From positions 32,001 through 96,000 of the IMG/VR virus record IMGVR_UViG_3300032893_000009: a DNA stretch of 64,000 nt, one strand, 5' to 3'. This stretch comes from a virus. Position numbers and translations under genes: made by a program. Of the stretch, positions 48,674 to 58,783 are shown piece after piece (position 1 is the stretch's first letter; each line of letters starts with the position of its first letter). The notes beneath the pieces are model-generated. The model saw nothing but the letters and a program-made list of their open reading frames with translations. It was not told where the DNA came from and did not search any database.

Positions 48674-49140
48674 GAATCAGGGACCTGATCGAGATCAACG
48701 CCTACGGAACCAAGGCGGGATACAAGGCGGCGCAGAAGACCAAGACCGACGGGCCTACTGACCACATGGCCGAGTATCACCGCCTGATGCAGGAATCGGC
48801 TGCCCATCAGCGCGCCGCCGACGCCTTGAACCAGAGCCATGAGGACGCGGATTACCCGCTTTACAAGCAGCATGCCAAGAAGGCGTGGAAGCTGGGCAAT
48901 CAGGCCATGGAGCACTTCGGCAAGCTGACCAAGGAACAGCGCTCCATGATGGAAGACCAGCACTGGCAGCAGTCAGGCCAGCAGGTGCAGCAGCAACAGC
49001 AGCAGGGATTCGGACGTCAGCGCCAGCAGGGTTTTGGCAGGCAGCAGCAACAGGGCGGGAACAAGCAGTACATCCAGTCCATCGCCGCCTATGCCACCAC
49101 CCGGGGCATCGAGGCGGCGTGGTCCAAAGCCAAGAGGTGA
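48670..49140 (+). CDS. Hypothetical His/Gln-rich (possible internal head) protein
   Basis: ATGA overlap; N-terminus similar to the upstream gene. Confidence 0.65.
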   Translation: MRIRDLIEINAYGTKAGYKAAQKTKTDGPTDHMAEYHRLMQESAAHQRAADALNQSHEDADYPLYKQHAKKAWKLGNQAMEHFGKLTKEQRSMMEDQHWQQSGQQVQQQQQQGFGRQRQQGFGRQQQQGGNKQYIQSIAAYATTRGIEAAWSKAKR

Positions 49141-49143
49141 GCT

Positions 49144-49695
49144 GTGGCAAACTTCGACGTGGCATTCAATTGGATGATGGACAACGAGGACCAGCCGCGC
49201 AGCTACGCCCTCGTGCCCGATCCGGTGCCGGTGCGGCCCAGTGATTCTGCGGACGTGGCTGCCGCCAAGCGTGCGGCCTACGCCGTCAGCGGCATCAACT
49301 CGTTCTGGCACACGAATCAGTACATGGCCATCAGCCGGTTGCCGCAGGAGCAGCGTGGCCCGGCGGTCGAGTCCGCCTACCAGACAGACTTCTGGAATCA
49401 GTGGATGGCGGGCTGTGATTCTGACGAGGTGGTCAAGCGGGTGCTCGATTGCGAGGTCAACAACGGACCCGGTACCGGCGTGAAGCTGCTGCAGGAATCC
49501 ATCAACGCCATCACCGGAATCGACATGACTGTGGACGGGGCATGGGGTCCGAACACCATGGCCGCCACCAACAACTGCAACGAGGCGATGCTGGTGTCCC
49601 AGTTCAAGCGTCAGCGCGCCGCACTGTATCAGGGCATTTACAAGGAAGACCCCAGCGTTCCGATCAAAGCGTGGCTGGCCAGAGCAGCGAAGTGA
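49144..49695 (+). CDS. Endolysin, GH108-like with peptidoglycan-binding domain
   Basis: FDVAF....NE, GIN, DCEVNNGP, LLQ, VDGAWGPNT, WLAR. Confidence 0.8.
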   Translation: MANFDVAFNWMMDNEDQPRSYALVPDPVPVRPSDSADVAAAKRAAYAVSGINSFWHTNQYMAISRLPQEQRGPAVESAYQTDFWNQWMAGCDSDEVVKRVLDCEVNNGPGTGVKLLQESINAITGIDMTVDGAWGPNTMAATNNCNEAMLVSQFKRQRAALYQGIYKEDPSVPIKAWLARAAK

Positions 49696-49696
49696 G

Positions 49697-49936
49697 GTGG
49701 AGATGAAGCCGCAGATGATCAACGGGTTTCCGCGACGTGCAATGATCGAGAAGATGACCCCCATGGAGCGCCGCCTGCGTGATGACATGATCATGGTGGA
49801 AGCGCTGGGCGCACATCCCCGGCTGACCGACGCGGTGGTGCTGCTGGAGTCGGCCCGCGAGGCGGTGGCGGACTGGGTGGAGGAAAGCGGCTACACGGAA
49901 AGAGTGGGCGTGGGAAGAAAAGTTGAATTACTATGA
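49697..49936 (+). CDS. Hypothetical phage protein
   Basis: GAHPRLTDAVVLL motif; coupled gene. Confidence 0.65.
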   Translation: MEMKPQMINGFPRRAMIEKMTPMERRLRDDMIMVEALGAHPRLTDAVVLLESAREAVADWVEESGYTERVGVGRKVELL

Positions 49937-50013
49937 CAAGGCGATGATTGAAGCCGTATGCTGAGTTGGGAAACAACCGGAATGCCCGGGACAGAAACTT
50001 TGAGGAGTGCATC

Positions 50014-51222
50014 ATGCGAATTTCCCTGTTAGGAGAGGACCTTGCCAAGCTGGTGGCCGCTGGAGACGGCTCCATGGGGCGTTTCAAGACCGGGCGTAGA
50101 TATGATCTGGTGTGCGTTCATCTGCTGCGCGTGGGTTGCCCCCGTGAGCTGACTGCGGCCAAGGAAAACAAGCTCAACATGCCGGTGGTGGTCGAGAAGA
50201 ACCGACGTCATCTGGGTGAGCTTGCGGCCACGAAATACTACCCCGAGGCGGTGGTGGTGTGCGGGGAATATCGCCGCGCGCAGCTGCTGGCTCAAGGCAT
50301 TCTCGACGAGTACGGCTGGGTGGAGCGGGGAGCGCTGGAGGTGCAGGATGCCGACGTGATCAGTGCGGGAGAGCTGACCGGCACGCTGCAGCGCCTGATA
50401 CAGGAACGTCACTGCGGCCCGCGCGTGATGATGGGCCAAGCCTACCCCATCCTCACCGAAGTCCATCCCTATCACAACGCCTGCACCTATGAGCTGGGCG
50501 GCAGGAAGTTCCGCCAGAACTACTCGCTCAACGGCGACGTGAGCCTGAGCGGAATGCCGCTGAAGATCAACGCCAGTTGCCCGGGCATGGACCGCCCCCA
50601 GACCGGCGGCCACTTCACGAGCAGGCCGATGCCGCTGGCCAGCAATCAGGTATCGCAGTTCCCGGCAGCCAGCGCCGATCTGGTGCGCATGATGATCCGT
50701 GACGTGTCCAGCGAGACCAACGTGGTGGACAAGATGCTGAGCGCCATGCGGACGGGATTGTACAAGCCTCTCAAGCCCGACTTCGCGCCGGTCAACCTGT
50801 CCGACGACGGCAAGATTCTCGGGCCGCTGGTTTCAGCAGGCATAGCCCCGGCGGACTTTGTGGTGTGGGCGGACAAGTACATGGAGAGCCGCGAATTCTC
50901 CGATACGCGACGCAAGAAGCTGGCCAAGAGCGGAGCAGCGATGCCCCACGGCGGATTCCCCATCGTCAACCGTGAGGATTTGTCCAACGCCAAGCGTGCC
51001 ATCGGACGCGCCAAGAACCGCGCCGCCACCATCGCCCACATCAACAAGCGGGCCAAGGCGCTGGGCGCGCCGGGATTCGGTGCAGAGGCGGACATGGGCT
51101 CGATGCCTTCCGAGGACGAGGTGAAGGCGCTGGGCATCGGCTTCCATCACAAGATGGGGCACAGATCGATGACCAAGATGCACGACGTGGGCGGGCCTAA
51201 GAAAGTGCATTTCAAGGTGTGA
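50014..51222 (+). CDS. Putative head-associated protein
   Basis: GAGGAG RBS; RKKLAKSGAAMPHGGFPI..EDL.NA..AIGRA module recalled from phage head-region proteins. Confidence 0.6.
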   Translation: MRISLLGEDLAKLVAAGDGSMGRFKTGRRYDLVCVHLLRVGCPRELTAAKENKLNMPVVVEKNRRHLGELAATKYYPEAVVVCGEYRRAQLLAQGILDEYGWVERGALEVQDADVISAGELTGTLQRLIQERHCGPRVMMGQAYPILTEVHPYHNACTYELGGRKFRQNYSLNGDVSLSGMPLKINASCPGMDRPQTGGHFTSRPMPLASNQVSQFPAASADLVRMMIRDVSSETNVVDKMLSAMRTGLYKPLKPDFAPVNLSDDGKILGPLVSAGIAPADFVVWADKYMESREFSDTRRKKLAKSGAAMPHGGFPIVNREDLSNAKRAIGRAKNRAATIAHINKRAKALGAPGFGAEADMGSMPSEDEVKALGIGFHHKMGHRSMTKMHDVGGPKKVHFKV

Positions 51223-51644
51223 TCATGGACTGGCGATTGTGGGCTGGATTGTTCGGAGTCGGTTTGCAGGTTTTCGCAGTGGTGCTCTGGTCACAGGCGC
51301 TGATCATCCCTCCTGCACACACTTTTGTGTGGATTGCGGGCCAGCGTTACGACGTGAGAATCAGCGACCAGCTGGAAGGCCCGGTGTCCAAGGGCGGCAT
51401 TCTCAACCTCGAACTGATCGACGGCTACTCCAGATGTTCGGTGGCGGGCACCCCCGGGGCTATCGGCGTGAACAGCACAGTCATGCCGGTAACGCAGGCC
51501 AAGGTGCTGATCCACGAAGTGATTCACATCGCGCAGAGCTGCGACAAGCGCAACCTGCCACTGGATGAGAAGATCGCCGAGGACGTGAGCGATCTGTTCA
51601 ACAGCCCGCTGGGACCGTTCGTGATCAAGGAGCTTACGCCATGA
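51219..51644 (+). CDS. Membrane-anchored HExxH metallopeptidase-like protein
   Basis: N-terminal TM segment; LIHEVIH. Confidence 0.55.
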   Translation: MIMDWRLWAGLFGVGLQVFAVVLWSQALIIPPAHTFVWIAGQRYDVRISDQLEGPVSKGGILNLELIDGYSRCSVAGTPGAIGVNSTVMPVTQAKVLIHEVIHIAQSCDKRNLPLDEKIAEDVSDLFNSPLGPFVIKELTP

Positions 51645-51871
51645 AGCTACGGGATGCGATAACCGTGATGGAGCTGATTGAGACGCTGGAAAAGTATCCT
51701 CCTGAGATGCCTGTGACAGTGGACATACTTACACCTGTGCGCGGGGGATACCACGGCGAGCGTGCCCGTTTTCTCCTCTATGATCTGCAACCGACCCCGG
51801 ACGGGCCGCCGGGCCGTATTGTCTTCGGTGTGGGCGTGGGCCTGCAGGACATCTGAAATGTGAGGATTGCT

Positions 51872-52180
51872 GTGAACATCCGCGACTACATCGAGATCAT
51901 GGCCGACTACAGCAGCGAGCACTACGAGACGTTTCAGGCTCCTACGCCCATTCCCCACACGCACCCGCCGTACTTGAAGAACCCCCAGAAAACCAAGCTG
52001 CAGGACACGATGCAGGACGGCTGGCGCAGGAAGGACTCGAAGCGCAAGAAGAAGCAGGCGCGGCGGGACATGAAGCAGACGCTGCGCAAGACCCTCAATC
52101 AGGGCAGGCCAACGATGGTGCGCCATGCCCATGGCGGCGATCCCAATCTCTGGGCACCGTCTCAAATAGCGGATTTATGA
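51872..52180 (+). CDS. Hypothetical basic protein
   Basis: GAGGA RBS, GTG start MNIRDYIEIMA. Confidence 0.55.
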   Translation: MNIRDYIEIMADYSSEHYETFQAPTPIPHTHPPYLKNPQKTKLQDTMQDGWRRKDSKRKKKQARRDMKQTLRKTLNQGRPTMVRHAHGGDPNLWAPSQIADL

Positions 52181-52797
52181 GGAAAGTTGATGTGAGCAAA
52201 TTTGCCGTGGTATTTTCTGGCTGCCTTGTCATAGGCTTTGGCTGCTTTGATTTTCTGTGAAAAAGGGAAGCGCCCGATGTGCTTGAACTTTCCATTTACG
52301 GTAATGCCGACGCACCACTTTTTGCTGGCTCTATCCAAGCTGACGCCTTTGTACCCGCTTGTGTTTGTGGTGGGCTTTTTCATGTTCTTCTGGTTTTGGC
52401 TGTGTGTGCATGGGGTGAGATTACTTTCACGATTATTCATTGGGTCATTATCGTGGTGGTCGCACTCTTTTTCTGGTGGGCAATCTATCACGACTTTGTG
52501 CAGCCACTCCCACTTTCCGTTACGGATGCGTGCTGCATATCCTTTGACGTACTGCCAGCGTCCTGCAACCTTGGGCCAGTTCTTGGCGTCGATGATTGCC
52601 TCATGGCCATCGCTTAGGGGTATTGCGTATGTTTCGCTGTCAACTACTCGGTACATGGGGCGTTGCTTTACTGCACCATGTCCCTTGACGAATTTCATGG
52701 GCTGGCCCTTTATCCAACCCTTCGACGCCCGGTTGCGTGGAGCGAGTTTTGTTTCCTCTCCGCAGCCGCATTGGCATAGGCCGTTGGGAATTGACAT
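52162..52797 (-). CDS. HNH-AP2 homing endonuclease (inverted)
   Basis: CQCGCG, DHHDNDPMNNRESNL, NTSGYKGV, AAKAYD; GAGGT RBS; low GC. Confidence 0.9.
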   Translation of the reverse strand: MSIPNGLCQCGCGEETKLAPRNRASKGWIKGQPMKFVKGHGAVKQRPMYRVVDSETYAIPLSDGHEAIIDAKNWPKVAGRWQYVKGYAARIRNGKWEWLHKVVIDCPPEKECDHHDNDPMNNRESNLTPCTHSQNQKNMKKPTTNTSGYKGVSLDRASKKWCVGITVNGKFKHIGRFPFSQKIKAAKAYDKAARKYHGKFAHINFPHKSAI

Positions 52798-52870
52798 TTG
52801 CTACCTCACCATACTCAGTTCTACTGTACCCTAAATTGGGTACAGATCGCCGATCTGTAAAGGAGACGAC

Positions 52871-53182
52871 ATGCACTCTCTCATGTTTCTGCTGGTGCTG
52901 GTAACCATCACCGTTCCGCCTGCCGCCAAGGTGCTGGCCATCGTGGCGGTGGTCTATGCGGTGATACAGGGCCTGAAGCAGGCCCCGTGGTTCGCCCCCT
53001 ATCTGAACGGCTGGGTGGCGGTTCTAGTCAACGTGCTGCTGAGCGCCGGGGGCGTGCTGGTCATCACCTCGCCGGACCAGCTCTATACCTTGGCCACTCT
53101 GCAAAACCTGCTTTTGGCCATTTTGGGGTCTGCGGGCGTTCACGGCACCATTTCCAAGGTGATGATGGGCGGGAAGGGCTAG
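52871..53182 (+). CDS. Holin-like membrane protein
   Basis: About 3 hydrophobic segments; AAGGAG RBS. Confidence 0.65.
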   Translation: MHSLMFLLVLVTITVPPAAKVLAIVAVVYAVIQGLKQAPWFAPYLNGWVAVLVNVLLSAGGVLVITSPDQLYTLATLQNLLLAILGSAGVHGTISKVMMGGKG

Positions 53183-53239
53183 GAAACGCGCCTTGGGGCC
53201 TTGGCGCTCGATTGCGGGGCATTCTGGAAGGGGGCGAAC

Positions 53240-53581
53240 ATGAGTTTTCTGATGCAGAGCTTTCATCATGTCTCCCGGTCGCAGTATGGGGCACTGTGCG
53301 TGCGCGTCAGGGAGCACCTTGGGGTGAAGGTCACGGCCTACGACAACCGGGGCTCATGGACCGGGGCGGCCCTCACCGGTTTCTACACCATCGATTGGGC
53401 CTATGCGCCCAAGAGTTGCGTGCTGATGGTGCGCTGTGTCAGGAAGCCTCCCCTCGTTCCGGGCTTTCTGGTGCGACGCAGGATCGAGCAATTCGTGATG
53501 CAGGGTTTGCGAGCAGCCCCTGTCGAGGCAGAGGCGGAGAAGGAGAAGGGTAAACATGGAAAATCTGGCGTTGAATCGTAG
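53240..53581 (+). CDS. Hypothetical protein
   Basis: Coupled ORF. Confidence 0.5.
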   Translation: MSFLMQSFHHVSRSQYGALCVRVREHLGVKVTAYDNRGSWTGAALTGFYTIDWAYAPKSCVLMVRCVRKPPLVPGFLVRRRIEQFVMQGLRAAPVEAEAEKEKGKHGKSGVES

Positions 53582-54185
53582 GACGTTCCTGAAGCTCTCC
53601 AGCGCGGGCGCGGCAGTGGCGGTGGTCACGGTGCCAAGTTCCGTACTGCTGGAGGGGTGTAGCACCAGCTGGATTACGACGGTGGAGAAAGACCTGCCGG
53701 TAATCGTCAACATTGTGCAAAGCATCATAGCCATCATTGCCGAGGCCACTGGCAATGGGACGCTGGCAGCCAGCGCGGCGGCGCTCATGGCCAACGCCTC
53801 CAATGTGCTCAACGCTGCACTGAATGCGCTGAGTCAGGCGGTGACGGCCTACAACGCGGCCAAGACTCAGGGCAATCTGGACGCAGTGATCGCGGCCCTG
53901 CAGTCGGCGCAGTCGGCGGCCAGCGGTGTCATCACAGCCCTGCAGACAGCCGGTGTGCCGGTAAGCAGCTCGATTGCCACGGTGGTCACGGCGGGCATCG
54001 GGACGGCCATCGTCATCCTGTCGTCGATTCAGGTGCTCATCCCCGGCGCGGCTCCGGCCTCGGTGGTGATGAAGGCGCAGGTCAAGGCAGGTCTGGGCAA
54101 GGTTGCAGTACCCGGCACCGATACCCTGAAGTACGGCTACAACTCGGTGCTCTGGCTGCATGGCCTCAGCACGCACGCTGTCTAA
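53556..54185 (+). CDS. Tat-signal lipoprotein
   Basis: NRRTFLK twin-arginine motif; LEGC lipobox; Ala-rich helices. Confidence 0.8.
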   Translation: MENLALNRRTFLKLSSAGAAVAVVTVPSSVLLEGCSTSWITTVEKDLPVIVNIVQSIIAIIAEATGNGTLAASAAALMANASNVLNAALNALSQAVTAYNAAKTQGNLDAVIAALQSAQSAASGVITALQTAGVPVSSSIATVVTAGIGTAIVILSSIQVLIPGAAPASVVMKAQVKAGLGKVAVPGTDTLKYGYNSVLWLHGLSTHAV

Positions 54186-54193
54186 CCCCGACG

Positions 54194-54217
54194 GGGGCGG
54201 TGAGCAGCCGCCCCTTT
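54194..54217 (+). terminator. Probable terminator or stabilising hairpin
   Basis: GGGGCGG...CCGCCCC-TTT. Confidence 0.5.
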
Positions 54218-54233
54218 CGCTCTAGGAGACACC

Positions 54234-55112
54234 ATGAGCTTTCTGCCTGTATCAGCCGGGGGCCGCCGCTATGGCCGGTTCCGTGATAATCCCAATCACC
54301 CGGCGCGCACCCTGCGCCTGTTCCAAGCCGATCCGGCGGTGGTGCTGCCGTCCAAGGCCGACGTGTGGCGCTTCAAAGGCCCGACCCGCGATCAGGGGCA
54401 GGAAGGATCGTGTACCGGCCAGATGGGAGCTGAACTGCGCGACGCGCTCTATCGCCAGTTCTTCACCTCCGAGGTCAACCAGAGCGTGCCTGCCGACCGG
54501 TTCGAGGCCAGCGCGGAATTCATCTACCTGTGCAACCTGATTGCCGACGGCAATCTGGGCGCGGATGCGGGTTCGAGCATCCACCAGACCTTCATCAGCC
54601 TCAACCAGAAGGGTGCGTGCCTGAATTCGCAGATGCCCTATTCCGACAGCCAGTATTCGACGCCGCCCACTGCCGAGCAGTTTGCCGACGGGCTGGTGTA
54701 CAAGGGCGGCGCATACCACTACATCCCCGATCTCGCCACCATGAAGAGCGTGATCGCCTCCGGCTACAGCTTCGGTTTCGGCATCAGCGTGTACCAGAGC
54801 TTCGAGAGCGACTGGGCGCAGCCGGGTATGATGCCGGTGCCGGACATCACCACCGAGCAGCTGCTGGGCGGCCACGCGCAGCATGTCATGGCCTACGACG
54901 ACACGCTGGTGTTTCCCGACAGCAGCGTGGGCGGACTGGGCGTGCAGAACAGCTGGGGTTCGGGCTGGGGCATCAGCGCCCCGGGCCACTCGGACGGCGG
55001 CTGCTACTGGATGTCCTACAAGTTCGTGGAGCTGAACGATCCCAACAACGGCCCTGCGGTCAGCGATGCGTGGGTTATGCACCTCGGTGCCCCGTGGGTT
55101 CCCAAGCAGTAG
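54234..55112 (+). CDS. Papain-like (C1A) cysteine peptidase
   Basis: DQGQEGSC, GGHA, QNSWG..WG..G..W. Confidence 0.9.
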   Translation: MSFLPVSAGGRRYGRFRDNPNHPARTLRLFQADPAVVLPSKADVWRFKGPTRDQGQEGSCTGQMGAELRDALYRQFFTSEVNQSVPADRFEASAEFIYLCNLIADGNLGADAGSSIHQTFISLNQKGACLNSQMPYSDSQYSTPPTAEQFADGLVYKGGAYHYIPDLATMKSVIASGYSFGFGISVYQSFESDWAQPGMMPVPDITTEQLLGGHAQHVMAYDDTLVFPDSSVGGLGVQNSWGSGWGISAPGHSDGGCYWMSYKFVELNDPNNGPAVSDAWVMHLGAPWVPKQ

Positions 55113-55331
55113 CAAGACCGTGGAGAGTGGAGAAGCCCTGCTGGACGTAGCAGGGCTTTTCTATTATGGAGTGGAGGAACAACGTATGAGTCTGGTTTTG
55201 AAGTCGGTCGAAGAGGAAGCAGCTGCTTGCCGTGAGCGGTGTGCCGGGATGAAGGTCGGGGACGTGATCGTGCTCTGTCATCACGACACCTTATTCACGA
55301 CGCCGACATGGGAGCGCGGTAAGGAGGGACT

Positions 55332-55922
55332 ATGCCTGAGATAGCGGAAGATTTGCGGGGATTGTACGACGAAGCTATGATGCGATCCGAGCAACAGATC
55401 GTAGCGATGCGTCCATCTTTGGTTCAAGAACTCATCGAGCGTACCAGCACGGCGGAAGCGCGGGTGAAGGAGCTGGAGGACGCACTCAAGGCATCGAATG
55501 ATGGCCCGGTCCCAGTCGGCCAGAAGTGGAGTGATTACGCAGCAAGCCCCGAAGGTCAGCTTGAGTATGCAATGGCCGAAATCGCCCGCCTCAAGGCACC
55601 GGTAAGAGATGGGCAGACTGTGTGGTTCCACGGTACCTCACAAGAAAATGCAAAAAGTATAGCGTTGAAGGGCTTTCGAGAAGGCACGTGGTTTGCGCGG
55701 AACATGGAAACTGCGGTGGCCTATGGCGGCCCTTACGTGTTCTCAGTCCGCGTGTCATTCGACGTCGAACTGGAACGCTGGCAGGTGTGCTGTGCAAATG
55801 CCCTTGCCCCGTGCCAGATTGAAAAGCTGACGATTGTCGGTGAGGAGAAAACCCTAGCACAGTTAGAGGCCGAAGTGATAGCTCGCGCACAGAAGGGAGA
55901 TGCGAATGACCCATCCGAATAA
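55332..55922 (+). CDS. Hypothetical protein with ADP-ribosyltransferase-like C-terminal domain
   Basis: WFHGTS...SI...GF...TWFA....A..YG. Confidence 0.5.
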   Translation: MPEIAEDLRGLYDEAMMRSEQQIVAMRPSLVQELIERTSTAEARVKELEDALKASNDGPVPVGQKWSDYAASPEGQLEYAMAEIARLKAPVRDGQTVWFHGTSQENAKSIALKGFREGTWFARNMETAVAYGGPYVFSVRVSFDVELERWQVCCANALAPCQIEKLTIVGEEKTLAQLEAEVIARAQKGDANDPSE

Positions 55923-56358
55923 AAGCCATTTCATCGGAGTTCTGACCAAAGTGGACGAGCCGAGCAATAAAGCGCCCTCTGGTGCGCGGGGGCACACTGT
56001 GGTGCTGACCAAGCAGGCCGCAATGGACGCGATCCCCAGCCTGCTGGGCATGGGAGTTTGCTTTCACGCCGAGAGCAAGCATGTGGTGGGAGCCAAAATC
56101 GGAGTTATCGATACTGCTGAGTTGCACGGCAATGAACTTGTGATCACTGGCTACCTGTTTGCGCGGGACGTGCCGCAGATCGTAAGCCAGATAAGGGCCA
56201 GCGCCGAGTACGGCATGAGTTATGAGCTGGCCGATGCGCACGTGGAAGACATGCGTGCAGCAGTGTGGTACTTGACCAAGGTGACCTTCACCGGGGCCGC
56301 CATCCTCCCCCGCTGCAAGGCGGCCTACAGGACTACGGACTTTGTGCTGGTGGACTAA
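55906..56358 (+). CDS. Putative prohead protease-like protein
   Basis: H...KIGVI...GYLF...GMSYE...FTGAAIL...AAY pattern of the HK97/assemblin fold. Confidence 0.55.
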   Translation: MTHPNKSHFIGVLTKVDEPSNKAPSGARGHTVVLTKQAAMDAIPSLLGMGVCFHAESKHVVGAKIGVIDTAELHGNELVITGYLFARDVPQIVSQIRASAEYGMSYELADAHVEDMRAAVWYLTKVTFTGAAILPRCKAAYRTTDFVLVD

Positions 56359-56391
56359 AAAATTCTTACACGTTGAACCGGAGGCCCACCA

Positions 56392-56742
56392 ATGATCGAT
56401 GAAGCGAGACTGAAAGATATATGCAGCAGGCCACCAGATTCTTACTCACCGGGAAAAGTCCTGACGCCATGCATTATCGCAGACGACGAAGAAATTGATG
56501 CGGCGTTTGACGAACTCCTCGCAGCGCGTGAGGAACTGGAGCGGCTGCGCTGGCGGAGGATCACGCCGGAGAGCCTGCCGAATGCCAACGAAGAAGTGTT
56601 GGTGTGGGATGGGGATTCTGTTCACTTGGCGCTCTATCGGCCCGATTCGGAAACATACCGGTTCGACTGCGACACTTATGGCTTGGAAGAAAAAGAAGTT
56701 GTGATGTGGATGCCCATCGCTCCACCCAAGGAGGAAGCATGA
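56392..56742 (+). CDS. DUF551-like protein
   Basis: W.....LP....VLVW...V.MWMPI.PP. Confidence 0.65.
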   Translation: MIDEARLKDICSRPPDSYSPGKVLTPCIIADDEEIDAAFDELLAAREELERLRWRRITPESLPNANEEVLVWDGDSVHLALYRPDSETYRFDCDTYGLEEKEVVMWMPIAPPKEEA

Positions 56743-57138
56743 TCGAAAAGCTGGAACGTTACGCTCAGGATGGCACGCCAGAGCCCGAGGGCTGGATGTG
56801 CTATTACCGTGTTGCCCGCGCCAGGGAGGATGCGCTGCTGGAGGCGCTGAAATCTGTGGGGGATGAGTTGCCTCAAGGCGGTTGGTGCTTCTGTCCAGCT
56901 TCGCATGCCGGTGCCAAACACACATTCGATTGCGCGGAAGCAAACCAGCTGATACGGGAGATCGAGAGGACGCGATGAGGCGCTTCTGGGTGTTGTTCCA
57001 GGCCTTCTGGTATGGCGTATTCCATCCTTTCCTGACAGATGCGCAGCGCGAGGCCTACGCGCGCCGCGAGGCCGCCCGGTATATGGCACGTTTGACAGAA
57101 CGTGATATACTGGACGAGATGAGGAAGAGGAGACTGAT

Positions 57139-57573
57139 ATGAAACGAATTGTCAAACTGGGATTGCTGTTTGGGCTGGGCCTGCTGGTAGGAGCAGCTTT
57201 CGCACAGGGTAATGCCATGGTGCGGGTGGGCAGTGGGGTGATGATCAGCGCAGCAAAGGATGCGCCCCCGGCGTCCAGCGTGGTGGATAAGGTCAAGTAC
57301 CCCGAGCAGTTCTATGTGGGCACTTCGCAGACGGTAGGCGGCTGGGTTGTCATGTGGCTGGGCAATGCTAGGACGAACACGGCTTACGGCGTGGTGGGCA
57401 ATGCTTGGAGCGCTGTCTTCTACCCCAATCAGTTTGTCGCGGGCCGCTTCGAGCGTGGTGGTTCGGCCATTGAGCTGGCTTACGACGACAAGGGCAGGCA
57501 GAAGACCAGCACATATCTTGTCAAGCAGACGGCTCTGCTGCCGCCTCAGCCTCCGACTCCGGGTGCAAAATGA
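57139..57573 (+). CDS. Signal-peptide hypothetical protein
   Basis: MKRIVKLGLLFGLGLLVGAAFA-Q. Confidence 0.65.
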   Translation: MKRIVKLGLLFGLGLLVGAAFAQGNAMVRVGSGVMISAAKDAPPASSVVDKVKYPEQFYVGTSQTVGGWVVMWLGNARTNTAYGVVGNAWSAVFYPNQFVAGRFERGGSAIELAYDDKGRQKTSTYLVKQTALLPPQPPTPGAK

Positions 57574-57723
57574 TGGAAAACAAAATCTATCAGGTGACGT
57601 TTGACTACTATCGGGGTGAGTGGGTGGCCAAGGTGTTCCTCGGGGGCGTGCTGGTGGCCGAGGGTCGTGCTTACAATATGGTTAGCGCTGTGGGCGACGC
57701 TTTTGAAAAGCTAGGGGAGCGCG

Positions 57724-58545
57724 ATGATTGTCATTCGGAACGTCAATCTGCTGGGTGACACGCTGTACACCCTGCGCCCCATAGCCGAGCTGCACATGCA
57801 GAAGCCCTTGGAGCAGATCGTGATCGGCGTGGGACAGGACTTGGCGGGTGAGATGGTGCGCCGCCAGTTCCCCATGCTGTCAGTGCGCGACGCAGGGACG
57901 CTCTCTCCGGTGGAGAACGCCCAAGCCATCGACCTGACTGCAGGACGTGCCGCGCAGCTGGCCGTTGTACAGCTATACCAGTATCATCGCCGGGTGCATA
58001 TCTCGCAGTGCTTCGCATGGTTGCTGGGAGTGAACACCGATCACTGGGTTGGGGTGCCCGCGCCCCTGACTGGATGGGCAAACATCCATCCGAGAAACAC
58101 CGACGTTCACTACGCGCTCATCGCTCCGTTCTCGCGTTCCTGTTCGAGGCACGTGGGCATGCGTCCCAACAAGACCCCGGACCACGAGCGCTGGATGCAG
58201 GTGATCGAGTGGCTGCGTGATGAACGTGGTTTGCAGCCCACCATTCTGGCTGGGCCGAATGATAACTGGACTGGTTTCCAGTGTGCCAAGACAACCGCCA
58301 GCGACCTTGACGACATGACCAATCTGCTGCGTCATGCTGATTTGATTCTGACGGTGGATAACGGCATCGGCCATCTGGCCAGCGCTCTTGGCTGTAAGAC
58401 GCTGATCCTCTGGCCGCCCATGTCCGGCGTGGATTTCATCGGGCCTCTCTATAATAAATCGACACGGCTGTTGTTCATGCACCCCGAGCGGGTGCGCGGC
58501 GATCAGCTGCTGGAGATCATCAAGCGCGAGGAGAAACTGGTATGA
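57724..58545 (+). CDS. GT9 (heptosyltransferase-like) glycosyltransferase
   Basis: LLGDTLYT, IAPFS, LTVDNGIGHLASALG. Confidence 0.8.
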   Translation: MIVIRNVNLLGDTLYTLRPIAELHMQKPLEQIVIGVGQDLAGEMVRRQFPMLSVRDAGTLSPVENAQAIDLTAGRAAQLAVVQLYQYHRRVHISQCFAWLLGVNTDHWVGVPAPLTGWANIHPRNTDVHYALIAPFSRSCSRHVGMRPNKTPDHERWMQVIEWLRDERGLQPTILAGPNDNWTGFQCAKTTASDLDDMTNLLRHADLILTVDNGIGHLASALGCKTLILWPPMSGVDFIGPLYNKSTRLLFMHPERVRGDQLLEIIKREEKLV

Positions 58546-58783
58546 GCCCCAATATGCCGGATGAATCAGAGCAGGTTGATATTGACAAGCGCCAACGTGA
58601 GGCTGAGCGACAGGCCGAGGAAAGGCTGGCCAGCAGGATTGTGATGTCCATTCTAGGAGACGTAACTGATCGCCGGGGATGGAGGCAGGAGTGGGAGCAG
58701 TTCGATTCCGATGTGCGGGCGGAAGTAAAGCGTGAGTGGAAGCGGCTTATCCTGCGCGAGCTGCGTAGAAAGGAGAAAGAGTA

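Noticed and set aside
48998-49053. QQGFGRQ duplication
   Set aside because: Short low-complexity coding repeat with no further signal.
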